From NCBI GenBank assembly GCA_951406725.2, contig OX597826.1, forward strand, positions 27,280,001 to 27,344,000: DNA of 64,000 nucleotides, in the 5' to 3' direction. Within the stretch, counting starts at the first letter, position 1. The number at the start of each line of letters is the position of its first letter. The notes beneath the pieces are model-generated. The model ran no database searches and was not told where the DNA came from. It saw only the letters and a program-made list of their open reading frames with translations. A program made the position numbers and the translations under genes. Shown piece by piece: positions 1 to 13,652 of the stretch. The DNA is from Octopus vulgaris (Eukaryota).

Positions 1-607
1 ACATCAGGCTAAACGCTTCACATAGGATTTGGCTTGTTTTGTTGTTCTTGTTATTGTTGCCGTTGTTGTTGTTGTTGTTGTTGCTGCTGCTGCTGCTGCT
101 GATGCTGCTGGCGTTGTTGGTGTGGCGTTTGCTGTTTGTGTGTTTGTTGTTGGGAAATCCTTAATATCCGTTTCCTGTTTTATCAGAGAAACGTACAAAA
201 ATGTTGCAGATTAAAATTCCTCCTTCCTCCCTTTCACAATGAATAAACTTAATCTTTTCACACTGACACACAGAAACACCCGCACACACACACATACAAA
301 CATACACACGTACTCACACAACATGTCGATCCATACATCCGTCCACCCGTACATACAGACATACGTATGTGTATATGAGTGTGTTAGTGTGTATATTCAT
401 GTGTTTTTGTGTGTGTGTATGTAAGTGTTTGTGTGTGAGAGCGTTTGTGAACGTGTGTTTGTGTGAGTTTATACATAAATGTTTAAGTCCTTTGTCATTT
501 TTTAAACGAAAAGAAGAAACCTGCATATATATATACAAACATATATACATACGTATACATACGTACGTGCACACACACACACACGAACACACACCCACAC
601 ACACACA

Positions 608-692
<85 letters not shown>

Positions 693-1004
693 TTCGGTGC
701 GTGTAGGTGACTTATAGTTCTCTTTTATCATTCATTGACACAAAGAAAAACAGAAAAAAAGAAAAAACGAACAACCGACTAAACAATACAAGTCAACATA
801 TATAAAAATAAAAAAATACGTAATATCTCCAGTCACTATCCTCTGCATGAGTATTTAGGAATAAGAATCTCGAAGCACCACCCTCGACACCATCACTACC
901 ACCACCGACAACAACAATAAACTTTCTGCTACCGCTGAAATATATATATACATATATACACGCACACACATACACACACATATATATATATTCATATACA
1001 CACA

Positions 1005-1342
<338 letters not shown>

Positions 1343-1825
1343 TCACATGTACATACATACGTGTACATGCCTACATATATATGTATATATACATGAATAT
1401 ATGTGTACAGAACGTAAAAAAAAAACGTTAACATAATGAGAATCGCGAACATAAAAAACACAAACATGGAAAACGACCTTTTTTTCGAAGAACGGAAGAA
1501 AAAAATAGAGGAATAAGAGAGGCAACTTAAAGAGCAATCCCTTCATCAGGCTATAATAGAAGACACTTGCCCAAAGGGCCACGCAATGGGACTAAACTCG
1601 GAACCATGTGGTTGGAAAGCAAACTTCTTACCACACAGATACTCCTATATATATCGAAAGAAAGACAGGCCTAGAGAATTCATGGCTAGACCTACAATTA
1701 CATGCATACATGTAATTATATGTATATACACACAGCCACTCATGCGCCTGCCACACAGTCACGTTTATATATTCGTTTTGCAAGATTCTTGAGGTGAATT
1801 CGTGTGTTGGAATAGATATTTTTGT

Positions 1826-2005
1826 ATTTGGAGATGGTCATGTTGCCAGTTTAGCCAATGAAAACACACGCACTATATATTTGGTGTTCACTTGCTTCAG
1901 CTTTATTTCATGTTAATTGTATTTCGACCAGAGTACTTTCGTCACACTTCTGTGATCACATCAGTGGTCCTTTGCTTTTCTGTTTCTTTTTTGTGTGTCT
2001 CCTTC
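1826..2005 (-). mobile_element. Dispersed repeat carrying a hammerhead-like motif (retrozyme/PLE-like), copy 1
   Basis: Closely similar to 61745-61940. A partial opposite-orientation copy lies at about 54200-54315. Confidence 0.75.
1926..1969 (-). ncRNA. Type I hammerhead-like ribozyme, A9-variant core
   Basis: Minus strand gacca-CTGATGt-gatcaca gaag tgtgac-GAAA-gtac-TC-tggtc: perfect 5-bp stem I, stem II hairpin, palindromic AGTACT stem III. Confidence 0.6.
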
Positions 2006-2007
2006 CT

Positions 2008-2247
2008 AACGATCCCAAAGTGGGCGGTATTGCCCCGTTGAGGGCGGTGGGAAATTCAAAGGGGGCTTTGAAGTGGGGGGATAATGGGATAACGATTCAT
2101 GTAAAAACTGGGAAAATTAATGGGGTTGCATTCATGTAAAAATAACAAAAGAGATCTATGTTTATGATGGTTAGTTGGAGTGGGAGCACTAGGAATGTGG
2201 CCTTGGTGTCAATGGAGCAGTAGCCCGAAAAAATTTGGGAACCACTG
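2008..2247. mobile_element. hAT/Charlie-type MITE, degraded
   Basis: Right end tttgggaaccactg and left end remnant atcccaaagtgggcgg resemble the cagtggttcccaa-type TIR. Confidence 0.5.
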
Positions 2248-2254
2248 CTTTAGA

Positions 2255-3135
2255 GCAAACAGAATCGTTAGCACCTGGGAAAATTGCTTATCGGTATTTC
2301 GTCCGTCTTTATGTTCTGAGTTCAAATTCTATCGAGATCGTCTTCGCCTTTCATCCTTTGGGGGTGTCGATGAATGAAGTACCATTGAAGTGCTGGGGTC
2401 GATGTGATCGACTTAAACCCTACTCCAAAAATGTCAAGCCTTGTGCGTATACTAGAAAAGATTATTAAAATAGTGTAAGGCAGTTAGGTGGCAGAATCGT
2501 TACAGCGCCGGGGGAAATGTTTAACGGTATTTCTTTCGACTTCACATTCGGAGTCCAAATACCGCCGGGATCGACTCTGCCGTTCACCGTTTCGGATTGA
2601 TGAATTACGTACCAGTTAAACACTGGAGTCAATTTAATAGACTTACCCGCTTCCTCGAAATTGCTGGCGTTGTGCTAAAATTTGAAATTATTAAAATAGT
2701 GTTTAAATGTGGCGCGCTGGTAGAGCGTTAACGTCCCAGACAAAATGCTTAGCGGTATTTCTCCCATCTTTATGTTCTGAGTTCAAATTCAGCCGAAGTT
2801 GACTTTGATGTCAATAAAGTACCAGTTAACCACTATGGTCAATGTTATCGAGTAACACCGCCACCAAAATTATTAGTCTTATGCCAAATTTGAAACCTTT
2901 ATTTACAGTAGTGTTTAAAGGCTGTATCTGACAGAAACGTTATAATGCCAGACAGAGTGCTTAAAGGCATTCCGTCCATCTTTATTTCTAAGTTCAAATC
3001 GTCGCGAACTCGAGTTTGCGTTTCATCCTTTCGAGGTCGATAAATAAGTACTATTTGAATGCTAAAATTGATGTTCGTGACTAGGCCTCGTGCGCCAACA
3101 TTTCAAGCCTTGCGACTATAATAAAAAGGTTTCTT
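2255..3135 (+). mobile_element. Four head-to-tail diverged copies of a tRNA-derived SINE
   Basis: Unit of about 225 bp repeated four times (cagaatcgtta...ttctgagttcaaatt...ttcatcctttcggggtcgat...gtaccag), each with a B-box-like GAGTTCAAAT and a shared aaatagtgt spacer. Confidence 0.8.
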
Positions 3136-3837
3136 AAGATGGTGCTTGGAACATAAAGTAACATGGAATTTCATTGGATGAGTTTAATTTAGATCCTTTT
3201 AAAACAAAAATTCCATACTATAAAACCAGAACTGGTTCCCAGCAGCTTTGTTTTTAAAGGGTTAAATAAAATTTACCATAAAGAATTTTATTTGGGTTCA
3301 AAGAATTTTTGCTGTTCTGCCGCCCCTTTTTCCCCAGACGACGCCCCCTAACATTTCTTATCACTGTTCAAGAATGTGGCTGAGATTTACCATTTTTATC
3401 GTTGCTGTTATAAAAGAAATACGGCTAAATGAATTAGGAAACGTGAAAGAAATAAATACATGGGCGTCCATTGATAACTATATATAAGACAATATAAAAG
3501 AGACGAAATAGGTTAATTTGAGAAATCAAAACAAACAAAAGTATTGTTCATATACAATATACACACATCACAAAAATGCACGTCTGCTAACACAACGACA
3601 AACGTATTAACACATACACACATATACACACTCATATTGGTTTGCTCTCTCCCACACACATATTTACACAAGCGCAAGCATAACACACACGTAAGAGTCA
3701 AGTATGTATAAATAATAGTTTAAATTTGTTGTAGTTTTATTTAAGGTTTAAGAGAATCTCACTTACCCACAACAATCGTCTTGTACACTTAAGTCTGCAT
3801 TCTACTTCTCTTTCCATTTATCAATATTAACTTCTTT

Positions 3838-3959
3838 TTCTTCTTCTTCTTCTTCTTCTTCTTCTTCTTCTTCTTCTTCTTCTTCTTCTTCTTCTTCTTC
3901 TTCTCCTTCTTCTTCTTCTTCTTCTTCTCCTACCACCACTACCACCGCCGCCACCGCCG

Positions 3960-4026
<67 letters not shown>

Positions 4027-4047
4027 CACCACCATCACCACCACCAT

Positions 4048-4098
<51 letters not shown>

Positions 4099-4152
4099 TA
4101 CCACTACCACCATCACCACCACCACCACCACCACCACCACTACTACTACTAT
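3838..4152. repeat. Compound trinucleotide microsatellite (TTC)n(TAC)n(CAC)n
   Basis: Directly visible. Confidence 0.95.
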
Positions 4153-4598
4153 TCCCTTCAACAAATCTTCTACTTCATCCTCCCTCTCCTCTTCCTTCTC
4201 CTACACCTAAGTGAGGTTTGCCTTTCGTCCTTTCGTATTCCGTTGAGATTTAAAAATTCCACTTAGAGCAGATCTAGAACGTTGTCTGTGAGTCAGGCAA
4301 ATGTCGAGCAATGGCTCCAGCCAGAAAGGTTGGACAGAAAGGACGAATGTATGCATTGCGTACATAATTCGCTACTTCCTCACCATCATGCTTTGCTCCA
4401 TTACACATCGGAGTATGTTGGTACATCTTTTACTTTTCTCGAAAACGGAAAAAAACCCAAATTCCTGTCTGTGCAAAGAGCTAGGTATGCCACGTTTAAC
4501 CTTGTACTGAGGCTGCTGCAAACATCCTTGAATTTAAATAGAGGTAGCCACCGTTGGCCAGACACGTTTAGACGCAGATCCTTTCTTTGAAGAATAAG

Positions 4599-4801
4599 TA
4601 ATCCTTAGCATTTAACCTGACCATATCCGGTCAAAATATTCTACCTGATTTACGATCACAGCGGTCAGATCCGATTTCTCACACCTACTCAATATCACAT
4701 CGTTGAAATTTTAAAGGTATGACATAGTGCATGATTCATTTAAAACCACGAGAATGAATAAGCATCACATTTGACAGAGTAATTCGGAAGCTGAAATGTT
4801 A
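4599..4801. mobile_element. Degraded MITE, possibly piggyBac-type
   Basis: Ends taatccttagcatt and gctgaaatgtta resemble ttaaccctttagcatt / aatgctaaagggttaa termini. Confidence 0.35.
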
Positions 4802-5294
4802 TGCGTTCACCAGGCTGGAGCACCTGGCAAGTAAAATGCTGTAAGTTTCTCACAATCCTCTGTAAATCGCACAATGGTCCTGGATAAATGTTGACCCTTT
4901 CTATAGAAGTTTAACGAGAAGGTGTATGAGGTGTTTGCTTCGGTAAAAGGAATATGCTTAAATTCAGCCAAAAAGGTACGTTTTTTTAATCTTTTACATG
5001 TTTCAGTCATTAGACTGCGGCTATGCTGGAGCATCGCCTTCAAGAGTTTTACTCGAACTAATCGATCCAACTAATTATGGCTTTTTAAGCCTGCCAGATA
5101 TTCTATCGGGCACTATAGCCCAGTTGCTAACTTACGGGGACGTAAGCAAACCAACACTGTTCGTGAAGCGGCGTTGGGTATCAGTGATAAACACATACAT
5201 TAAAAGAAGTACGAAGCCATACGCATTTACAGACCTGAGGCACAGAACTGAGAGGAGATAATCTTCTCTTGGTAATCAAGGTAATGCTACCTAT

Positions 5295-5697
5295 ATCTTT
5301 TCTAATCTAGGCACAAGACTCGAAATTTTGGGGGAGGGGACCAGTCGATTAGATCGACTCCAGTACGGAACTTGTACTTAATTTATGGACCCCGAAAGGA
5401 AAAAAGACACAGTCGACCTCTGCGGATTTTGAACTCAGGACGTAAAGACAGACGAAATACCTATTTCTTTACTACCCACAAGAGGCTAAACACAGAGAGG
5501 ACAAACAAGTACAGGTAAACGGATTAAGTCGATTATATCGACCCCATTGCGTAACTGGTACTTAATTTATCGACCCCGAGAGGATGAAAGGCAAAGTCGA
5601 TCTCGTCGGAATTTCAACTCAGAAAGTAGCGGCAGACGAAATGCCGTTAAACATTTCGCCCGGCGTGCTAATATTTCAGCCAGCTTCCCTCGCCTTA
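5295..5697 (-). mobile_element. tRNA-derived SINE with internally duplicated core (same family as 2255-3135)
   Basis: Two reverse-complement copies of the gaccccgaaaggatgaaaggcaaagtcgac core, with the head ending at about 5695. Confidence 0.8.
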
Positions 5698-5736
5698 ATG
5701 CTTTTCTTCCTCGATGTTTATGATGCCGTGTGAAAC

Positions 5737-6036
5737 TGGCTTAGTGGTAAATGATCGTAAGATCATGGGTTCGATTTCGAGCAGGGCGTTGTGTCCTTGA
5801 GCAAGACACTTTATTTCACATTCTTCCTGACGATCATCTGAGAAAAATTAGTAATACCTATATTTCAGAGGGCCAACTTTGCCCCATTCGTTGTCACGCC
5901 TGACTCTCCCTAAGAACAACGTTAAGGGTACACATATCTATAGAGCGCTCAGCCACATGCACTTTAAATCCACGAGCAAGCTGTTCCGATGATTGGATCA
6001 ACTGGAACCCGCGTCGTCGTCAACGACGGAGTGCCA
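5737..6036 (+). mobile_element. tRNA-derived SINE, second family, degraded
   Basis: A box tggcttagtgg, B box gggttcgattt; 3' part matches the reverse complement of 36588-36953. Confidence 0.75.
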
Positions 6037-6330
6037 GTCTATGGTATCGCAAAGTCGATATTTATTACGTCTCATTATGATCGTGTGAATCTGTTCTCGA
6101 AATGTCTTAATATCCATCAAACATGTTGCAACATCAAAAATAGAATATTAGACCGTCAGAAAGAGTGTTTTGATGTATTTAATCGATGGCAGCTATGTAT
6201 GTTCCGAGTTCAAGTCCTGTTCGAATCGAGCGTTTGTTTCAGTTCTTCAAGGCAGTCAGCAAAGTAAAGCAGCAACTAAAGACCTTGAATAATATTATCG
6301 GTTCTTTTTGCCCAACGACCTTCTGAAAGC

Positions 6331-6331
<1 letters not shown>

Positions 6332-6366
<35 letters not shown>

Positions 6367-6420
6367 TACCATCATCATTATTATTACCATCAACATCACC
6401 ACTAATATCACCACTAATAT

Positions 6421-6485
<65 letters not shown>

Positions 6486-6663
6486 AAATGATAATGATAA
6501 TAATAAAAAAAAAAAAAAAAATAATAATCATCGCCGTTATCAAAGTCATTATCATCTTTATTTTAGTAATAGCAGAATAACATTTTTTTAGAGGGAACAT
6601 TATCAATTGACATATTGGAGTGATGATGTTGAGGATGATAATTGTAATAATAATAATAATAAC

Positions 6664-6725
<62 letters not shown>

Positions 6726-6976
6726 CAACAACAACAACAACAGCAGCAACAACAACAATGATAATGATCATAGTGTTGTAATTCTTGTGGATACAAATCA
6801 TCTATTCTTAGTGACATCTTCGGAGCAGAAGATCTTTTCAAACACGATTGAACAAAGAATTTCATTCGGACTTGGTTGAAATATCGAAGAAAGCAGATTG
6901 CGAAAGTATAACCATATTGCTGTTGTTGTTGTTGTTGTTGTTGTTATTATTATTGTTATTATTATTATTATTATTA

Positions 6977-7038
<62 letters not shown>

Positions 7039-7042
7039 GTTA
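6332..7042. repeat. Cluster of trinucleotide microsatellites (ATC/ACT/AAT/AAC/TTG/TTA)
   Basis: Directly visible. Confidence 0.95.
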
Positions 7043-7251
7043 TGATACGCACTACTATTAAACATTTGTAAGGTTGGTAATTTCCGTTCCTTTTTGAAAT
7101 CTCAACTGGTGTTTTCAAAGAGAAAGCTTTTCCACTCTTCTTTCATACATTCGAATCAATGTATACCTCATTAATCTTCAATGTCTACGAGTGCTGTAGG
7201 AAAAGTATTGGTAGCCAGAGACGCATGACAACATGGACAATTTTTAACTTT

Positions 7252-7320
7252 CTACACAGAAGAGTTACATTTTTCTTGATGCTGTTGGTGTTGTTGCTTG
7301 TTATTGTTTTCCAAGTTATG
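7252..7320 (-). CDS. Candidate terminal coding exon of an unidentified gene
   Basis: Acceptor ctcttattatttcag, then phase-0 reading HNLENNNKQQHQQHQEKCNSSV-stop, ending in an S-x-V motif. No family recognised. Confidence 0.35.
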   Translation of the reverse strand, partial: HNLENNNKQQHQQHQEKCNSSV

Positions 7321-7870
7321 CTGAAATAATAAGAGTTCATGTGTATGCGTATGCATACATCCATATATATGTCTATATATATATATGTGTGTTTATATAT
7401 ATATATATACACATATATATATAGTATATATAATATATATACATATATATATATATAGTATATATAATATATATAAATATATATATACATACATATATAT
7501 ATATACAGATATATATTTATAAATATATATACACACATTCCCACACACATATACATACATACATACATACATACATACGTACACACACACAAACATATAT
7601 ATACATATATATATATATAAATATATATATTGCACTGTTCCGTGATAGAAAAAATATGTATATATTTTCTGTTTGTATATATGTATACACACACGCACAC
7701 ATTTACATACGCATATACACTCACATACACACGCACAGACATGCGCGCACATAAGCACACACACATGTGTATATACAAGGCATTATGAATGAAGAAATCC
7801 CCTGAATCGCATTTGAATAAATGAATATATATCATAATTAGAAGATAATATAAATATCTATCTATCTAAC

Positions 7871-8060
<190 letters not shown>

Positions 8061-8073
8061 ACATGAGATATTC

Positions 8074-8130
<57 letters not shown>

Positions 8131-8542
8131 GGTAGTGTTTATCCTGCCTTTAATACGGGTGTTCTCTGCGAGAAGACGTTACTGCAATTTTAACGCTAGG
8201 AAAACATCTCCTCCTGCTGGTTTAGTCTGAGTCCTTGCCGCACTCAATATTTATTGCAAGCGGAAGATAACCCCTGCCATCCACCCGATTTCGATTTTAT
8301 TGGATCTCTTAAGTGGTGGGCACACGTTTGCCACACAAGGCAGTAGTTTAACTAACGATTACAACATACAGAAAATAGTGTCGTACATTCGCTGATTTTG
8401 TAACTAGGAAAGTAGTCCGTTAGAATATCTGTTGGATATAGGAACACTATACGCAGCAGAAGGTAGTGCTTACCCCCCACTTTAAACTGGGTATTCTGTC
8501 TATCTGTCACTGACTCATTCTCTCTCTTTCTCCCCCTCTCTT

Positions 8543-8591
<49 letters not shown>

Positions 8592-8677
8592 AATCAGTGG
8601 ATTTATTTCACTAGAATTCTTATATGTTTACAAGGGCTAAATAGACAGGCATCTCCAAGTAGCAGGCCGTGCTACTA

Positions 8678-8716
8678 CAGACTGATGACGAGCAAAGTCT
8701 CAGAAACTAATCTCTG
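8678..8716 (+). ncRNA. Degenerate minimal type I hammerhead motif
   Basis: caga-CTGATGA-cgag caaagt ctca-GAAA-cta-ATC-tctg: stem I 4 bp; stem III is one change from palindromic ACTAGT. Confidence 0.5.
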
Positions 8717-8928
8717 GATGCAGGCTTAGGTGGGTGGAGGTGCTTGTCTCCCACTTGTAAACATAAGGACACAGGAAATATGTCAAGGCAGACAGGAATC
8801 TTTGATGCTTCCTAGGACTAAATAGCAGTGGTGGGATTGCCTTCATGGGACTGTCACATTAAGTTGACAGTATGCAAATACTCTATCATTCCACTACTGC
8901 TTATATCTCTATGATATATTTAGATATG

Positions 8929-8976
<48 letters not shown>

Positions 8977-9029
8977 TCATAGAAATTTTGTGTTACACAA
9001 CATATATATATACATACATATATACATGT

Positions 9030-9087
<58 letters not shown>

Positions 9088-10201
9088 GAATTGAAATAAA
9101 CTATTTACATACACCACCAGTTTCTCATGTGCTAATCGTGACTAAGAAGTTGCTTATAGCGTTTCAATATCAAGCTATCATAAGCAGTTTTTATTCCACC
9201 TTAGTAAGTAAAATTATATTTCGTATGTGTGTGTGCGTGTGCGTGTGTGTATGTTTGTATGTGTGAGTGTGTGTGTGTGCAAATATGCATATGCATACAT
9301 ACAGGTGTATATATATATATATATATATATACACATACATGAATATATATATATATTTATATACAAAACATATGTATATATAAACGCGCTCACACAAACA
9401 CATATTTGTATACATATCTATACACACACGCACACATACATACACATATATATATATACACACACATACATCAATCTATCTCCAAACACACACACACACT
9501 TACATATATTAAGGAAACACTGTATCATCACGAAATATATTAAAGTGATACATTGGCATTAAAACAGTGACGATTAAACAAACAAACAAACCAACAAACA
9601 AATGTTGTAATTAGAAAGATATTCATATGTATGTCAGATAAATGTGTGCCAAGACGTGTTACTGCATTTGCATATTTATATTTTCACATAGATTCCATCA
9701 ATAAACTTCGCTAAAACAAAACATAAAAAGGAAACAGGAAAAAGTAAAGAAAAGGAAACCTGAACAACAGCACGAACAACATCATAAATAAACTAACTGT
9801 TTATTTATGTTGATAGGAATTTCTGTGCAAAATAATCGAACGTAGAGTATAACTAGATTACAAATACATTACAAGCGTTGTACAGACTGCTCTTGTATTA
9901 ACAAAGTGCAAACTTTATCTCATTAGTGTTCATTGGCTTTCGGCCAGCAATTTGCGGCCGAAAACAAATTTACGAAATTATAATCAATATAAAAGAATTA
10001 TTCATTCGCAATGAAATTGTGTACTGCATATTCTTTTTTTTTTTTTTCATTTTAGTTTTTTTTTCGATTCGTTTTCTTGATCGACAACCTTAAATTTTTA
10101 CCAATATGTGAATATAAGAGTGAGGGAGCGAATGTGGACTGTCTCTATCACATAGCGAGATTACACACATACTAATGCTTTCTGTAAGTGTATATATATA
10201 C

Positions 10202-10245
<44 letters not shown>

Positions 10246-10365
10246 GTATATATATATATATATATTACATGTCTTTTATTTTGTTCATATGCCTCAGCCC
10301 AATGTTTTCGCGATGTTTGGCGCCGCCATTGTCATGTTTACAATAACCATTCTTATGCATAATAT

Positions 10366-10429
<64 letters not shown>

Positions 10430-10783
10430 GCGTGTGTGTAGCTTTTATCTTTTGCTTGTTACACTCAGCAGACCAATCGATCCCGGGATTTCTATCTTTT
10501 TTAGAAGCACTAAGTTACGGGTGGGTAAACAAACCAACACCGGTTATCAAGCGATGGTAGGGCCCAAACAGAAAGACAAGGATACATGCATACAGACGTA
10601 CACATACACTAACATACCCACCCACACATGTATAAAACAAAAATACAAATCTGCACATATACATACATACAAACAAAAATACGCTGTTGTTGATGTTGAA
10701 ATTCCAATGAAGAGACCTTATATCTATCTTAGAAAACGGCTCTTTCTGTGTTGGCAAGAAATCTTGAAGTAAAACTGAATAAT

Positions 10784-10836
<53 letters not shown>

Positions 10837-10933
10837 GTACATACATACATACATACATACATACATACATACATACATACATACGTACATACATGCATAC
10901 ATACATACATACATACATACATACATACATACA

Positions 10934-10967
<34 letters not shown>

Positions 10968-10972
10968 CATAC

Positions 10973-11042
10973 ATATCCGAAAATGTCATCGTGGTAGTGT
11001 CTACCGATGTACTCTCCAATGAAATCCCCACGAAGGATAATT
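10973..11042 (-). CDS. Candidate 70-nt internal exon
   Basis: Strong acceptor ttttttcttttttcccag and donor gtatgt. One frame reads [23 protein letters not shown] and joins in phase 0 to 7252-7320. Confidence 0.4.
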
Positions 11043-11438
11043 CTGGGAAAAAAGAAAAAATACAATACGCACAGTCTGGGAAAGACCATAATCGCTCATA
11101 ATTAGAATGGATATTGGTGATATGTCCTTCTATATCTCAGTAAAATGCAATCACAGGGATTTGTAACGAGAAAGGGAATCTGAGTAGAATAGCAGAAATC
11201 AGTAGCTCAGCTACACCGTATCTAACAGTACACACAAGTACTATCATATAAAGATACATTGATATATATATATAAATATCTATCCATCTATCCTTATCTA
11301 ACTATCTATCTTTCTATATATCTATCTATGTATCCATCTATCAGTCTATCTATCCCTGTCTCTCTCTATATATGTATATGTATATATATAAATATATATA
11401 TATATACATACATATATGTATATATATATATACATACA

Positions 11439-11523
<85 letters not shown>

Positions 11524-11747
11524 ATCCATGATAGGAAATTCAACAAAAAAATATTCCATAGGGTGAGAGACAAATATTATTCCTTCAAAGGACACAATAG
11601 ATGTCTTTAAGTGCTATTAATTGTTTCATATCTTAAGAAATATCTCCGCATATATGAAACTATTTGTAGCATTTAACGACATGTATTTATTGTACCCTTT
11701 AAATAAATCACACGCACGTACATATATATAGTTGTAGACAGATAAAG

Positions 11748-11821
<74 letters not shown>

Positions 11822-11860
11822 AAGAATGGAGTTGAACGACGAATTAACAAAATTCCTTTA

Positions 11861-11943
11861 TTTTCGACATATGTTTCGAAGGCTGCATATTCCTAATTGC
11901 GAAGGAATAAGGAGTATATTATGCCGCTTTCTCATCAGGAAAA
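11861..11943 (-). ncRNA. Type I hammerhead ribozyme, intact core
   Basis: Minus strand ttttc-CTGATGA-gaaagcggcata...tatgcagccttc-GAAAC-atat-GTC-gaaaa. Confidence 0.8.
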
Positions 11944-12163
11944 GCAAGGAACTTATGTCAACATAAAGATGCACAAAAAACTTTTAGATGACTGCTCACA
12001 CGGAGCCCATAGTGAAAATGAGTGTCTCTTTAAGAAATTCCTTTATAAGTGTCACTCCTTATAAGGGAATTTCTGAAAGAGACACTCATTTTCACTATGG
12101 GCTCCGTGTGAGCAGTCATCTAAAAGTTTTTTGTGCATCTTAATGTTGACATAAGTTCCTTGC

Positions 12164-12246
12164 TTTTCCTGATGAGAAAGCGGCATAATATACACCTTAT
12201 TCCTTCGCAATTAGGAATATGCAACCTTCGAAACATATGTCGAAAA
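12164..12246 (+). ncRNA. Type I hammerhead ribozyme, intact core
   Basis: ttttc-CTGATGA-stem II-GAAAC-atat-GTC-gaaaa; GUC cleavage triplet ends at 12241; palindromic ACATATGT stem III, typical of PLE-associated dimerising HHRs. Confidence 0.8.
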
Positions 12247-12749
12247 TAAAGGAATTTTGTTAATTCGTCGTTCAACTCCATTCTTTCATATATTCATATT
12301 TTAAAAAAAACATACAAATTTCCACACGAAAGCACGTAACTTCAAACGTGTCTTCTCTGATGTGAATTTGCTACCCAGGTATCGGTTAACCGAATTATCC
12401 ATAACAAGATAATTCATTCAACTACTCAAATATATATAAATATATATATATAAATATATATCAATATATATATATATAATAGTGTACATTTAAACACACG
12501 AGAAACTGCCTTCAACAAGCAGTTTTACACGGTTGAAGTAGTCAAAAGGATCAAAACCACATTTAAGAGCAATCTGCAAAAGGAATGAAAAATAAAAACT
12601 TTTACCTTGTTATACATACATATATATATATGCCCCAGCATGGCCACAGCTCATAAGCTGAAACTGGAAAAATCAATCAAAAATCAAAATATATATATAT
12701 ATATATTATTTTCATAAAGCTTCCCGTTATATATATATATATATATATA

Positions 12750-13442
12750 CAGGGTCAGGCAAAATGATCTGACACATTTGTAGGTTAAATATAAGGCAAA
12801 TGAAGTAAAGAAGCAAAAAAGTGTTTTGTTATTTTTGAAAAGTACATATAATGCCATTTTGTTTCATAATGTTTTAAAAATTAAATCTGTCAAATGGGAT
12901 CCATTATTGTCCACACACTGTCGAAGGCGTTCACGAAAGTTGTCAATAACTCGGCGGGTCATTTCATGTGGAATGGCAGTAATTTCTTGACGAATTGCAT
13001 CTTTAAGTTGTTCAATAGATCGTGCGATGGGGATTTTGAGGAATATGTTCCCTGGTCATTTGATCTCATTGCGTGGTGACATCGGTTAGCCCGCCCGTTC
13101 ACCTGATTTAAATCCGTGCGATTTTTTTTCTCTGGGTATACCTCAAGTCAAAGGTATACATTAATCGCCCTCGATCTATTGAACAACTTAAAGATGCAAT
13201 TCGTCAAGAATTTACTGCCATTCCACATGAAATGACCCGCCGAGTTATTGACAACTTTCGTGAACGCCTTCGACAGTGTGTGGACAATAATGGATCCCAT
13301 TTGACAGATTTAATTTTTAAAACATAATGAAACAAAATGGCATTATATGTACTTTTCAAAAATAAAAACACTTTCTTGTTTCTTTACTTCATTTGCCTTT
13401 TATTTAACCTACAAATGTGTCAGATAATTTTGCCTGACCCTG
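12750..13442 (+). mobile_element. Non-autonomous Tc1/mariner element (rosa/DD41D-like) with about 270-bp inverted arms and TA TSD
   Basis: TA|cagggtcagg...cctgaccctg|TA. The interior encodes a disrupted transposase C-terminus ...G*PARSPDLNPCDFF/LW.YLKSKVYINRPRSIEQLKDAIRQE...FRERLRQCVDNNGSHL. Confidence 0.9.
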
Positions 13443-13652
13443 TATATGAAGGTCATATATGCACACATGTATGTATATATATATATATATATAAATAGAT
13501 ACACATTTAGATACTAACGTATATTCTGTATGTATAACTTCATATATATGGCCAATTCAAATGAACAAACAATTGAAGTAAACGGATACAAATGGACAAT
13601 ATGAGGACGTGCATGAGAAATGTATTAGGTTGACCCTCGGTAAAATGAGTGT

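Larger units (their letters stand above)
11821..12430 (+). mobile_element. Penelope-like element 3' end with inverted duplication (229-bp-arm palindrome plus tail) in (TA)n
   Basis: 11821-12049 is the reverse complement of 12058-12286 with about 5 mismatches and an 8-nt loop. The tail motif aatttgctacccaggta resembles the 3' end of the GIY-YIG-bearing element at about 39945. Confidence 0.8.

Noticed and set aside
2255-3135. CRISPR-like regular repeat array
   Set aside because: Units are about 225-bp diverged SINEs without short identical repeats and unique spacers; eukaryotic context, no cas genes.
10973-11042. Resemblance of [12 protein letters not shown] to the PAP2 phosphatase C3 motif
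   Set aside because: The SR residues and hydrophobic helices of the motif are missing; too short to assign.
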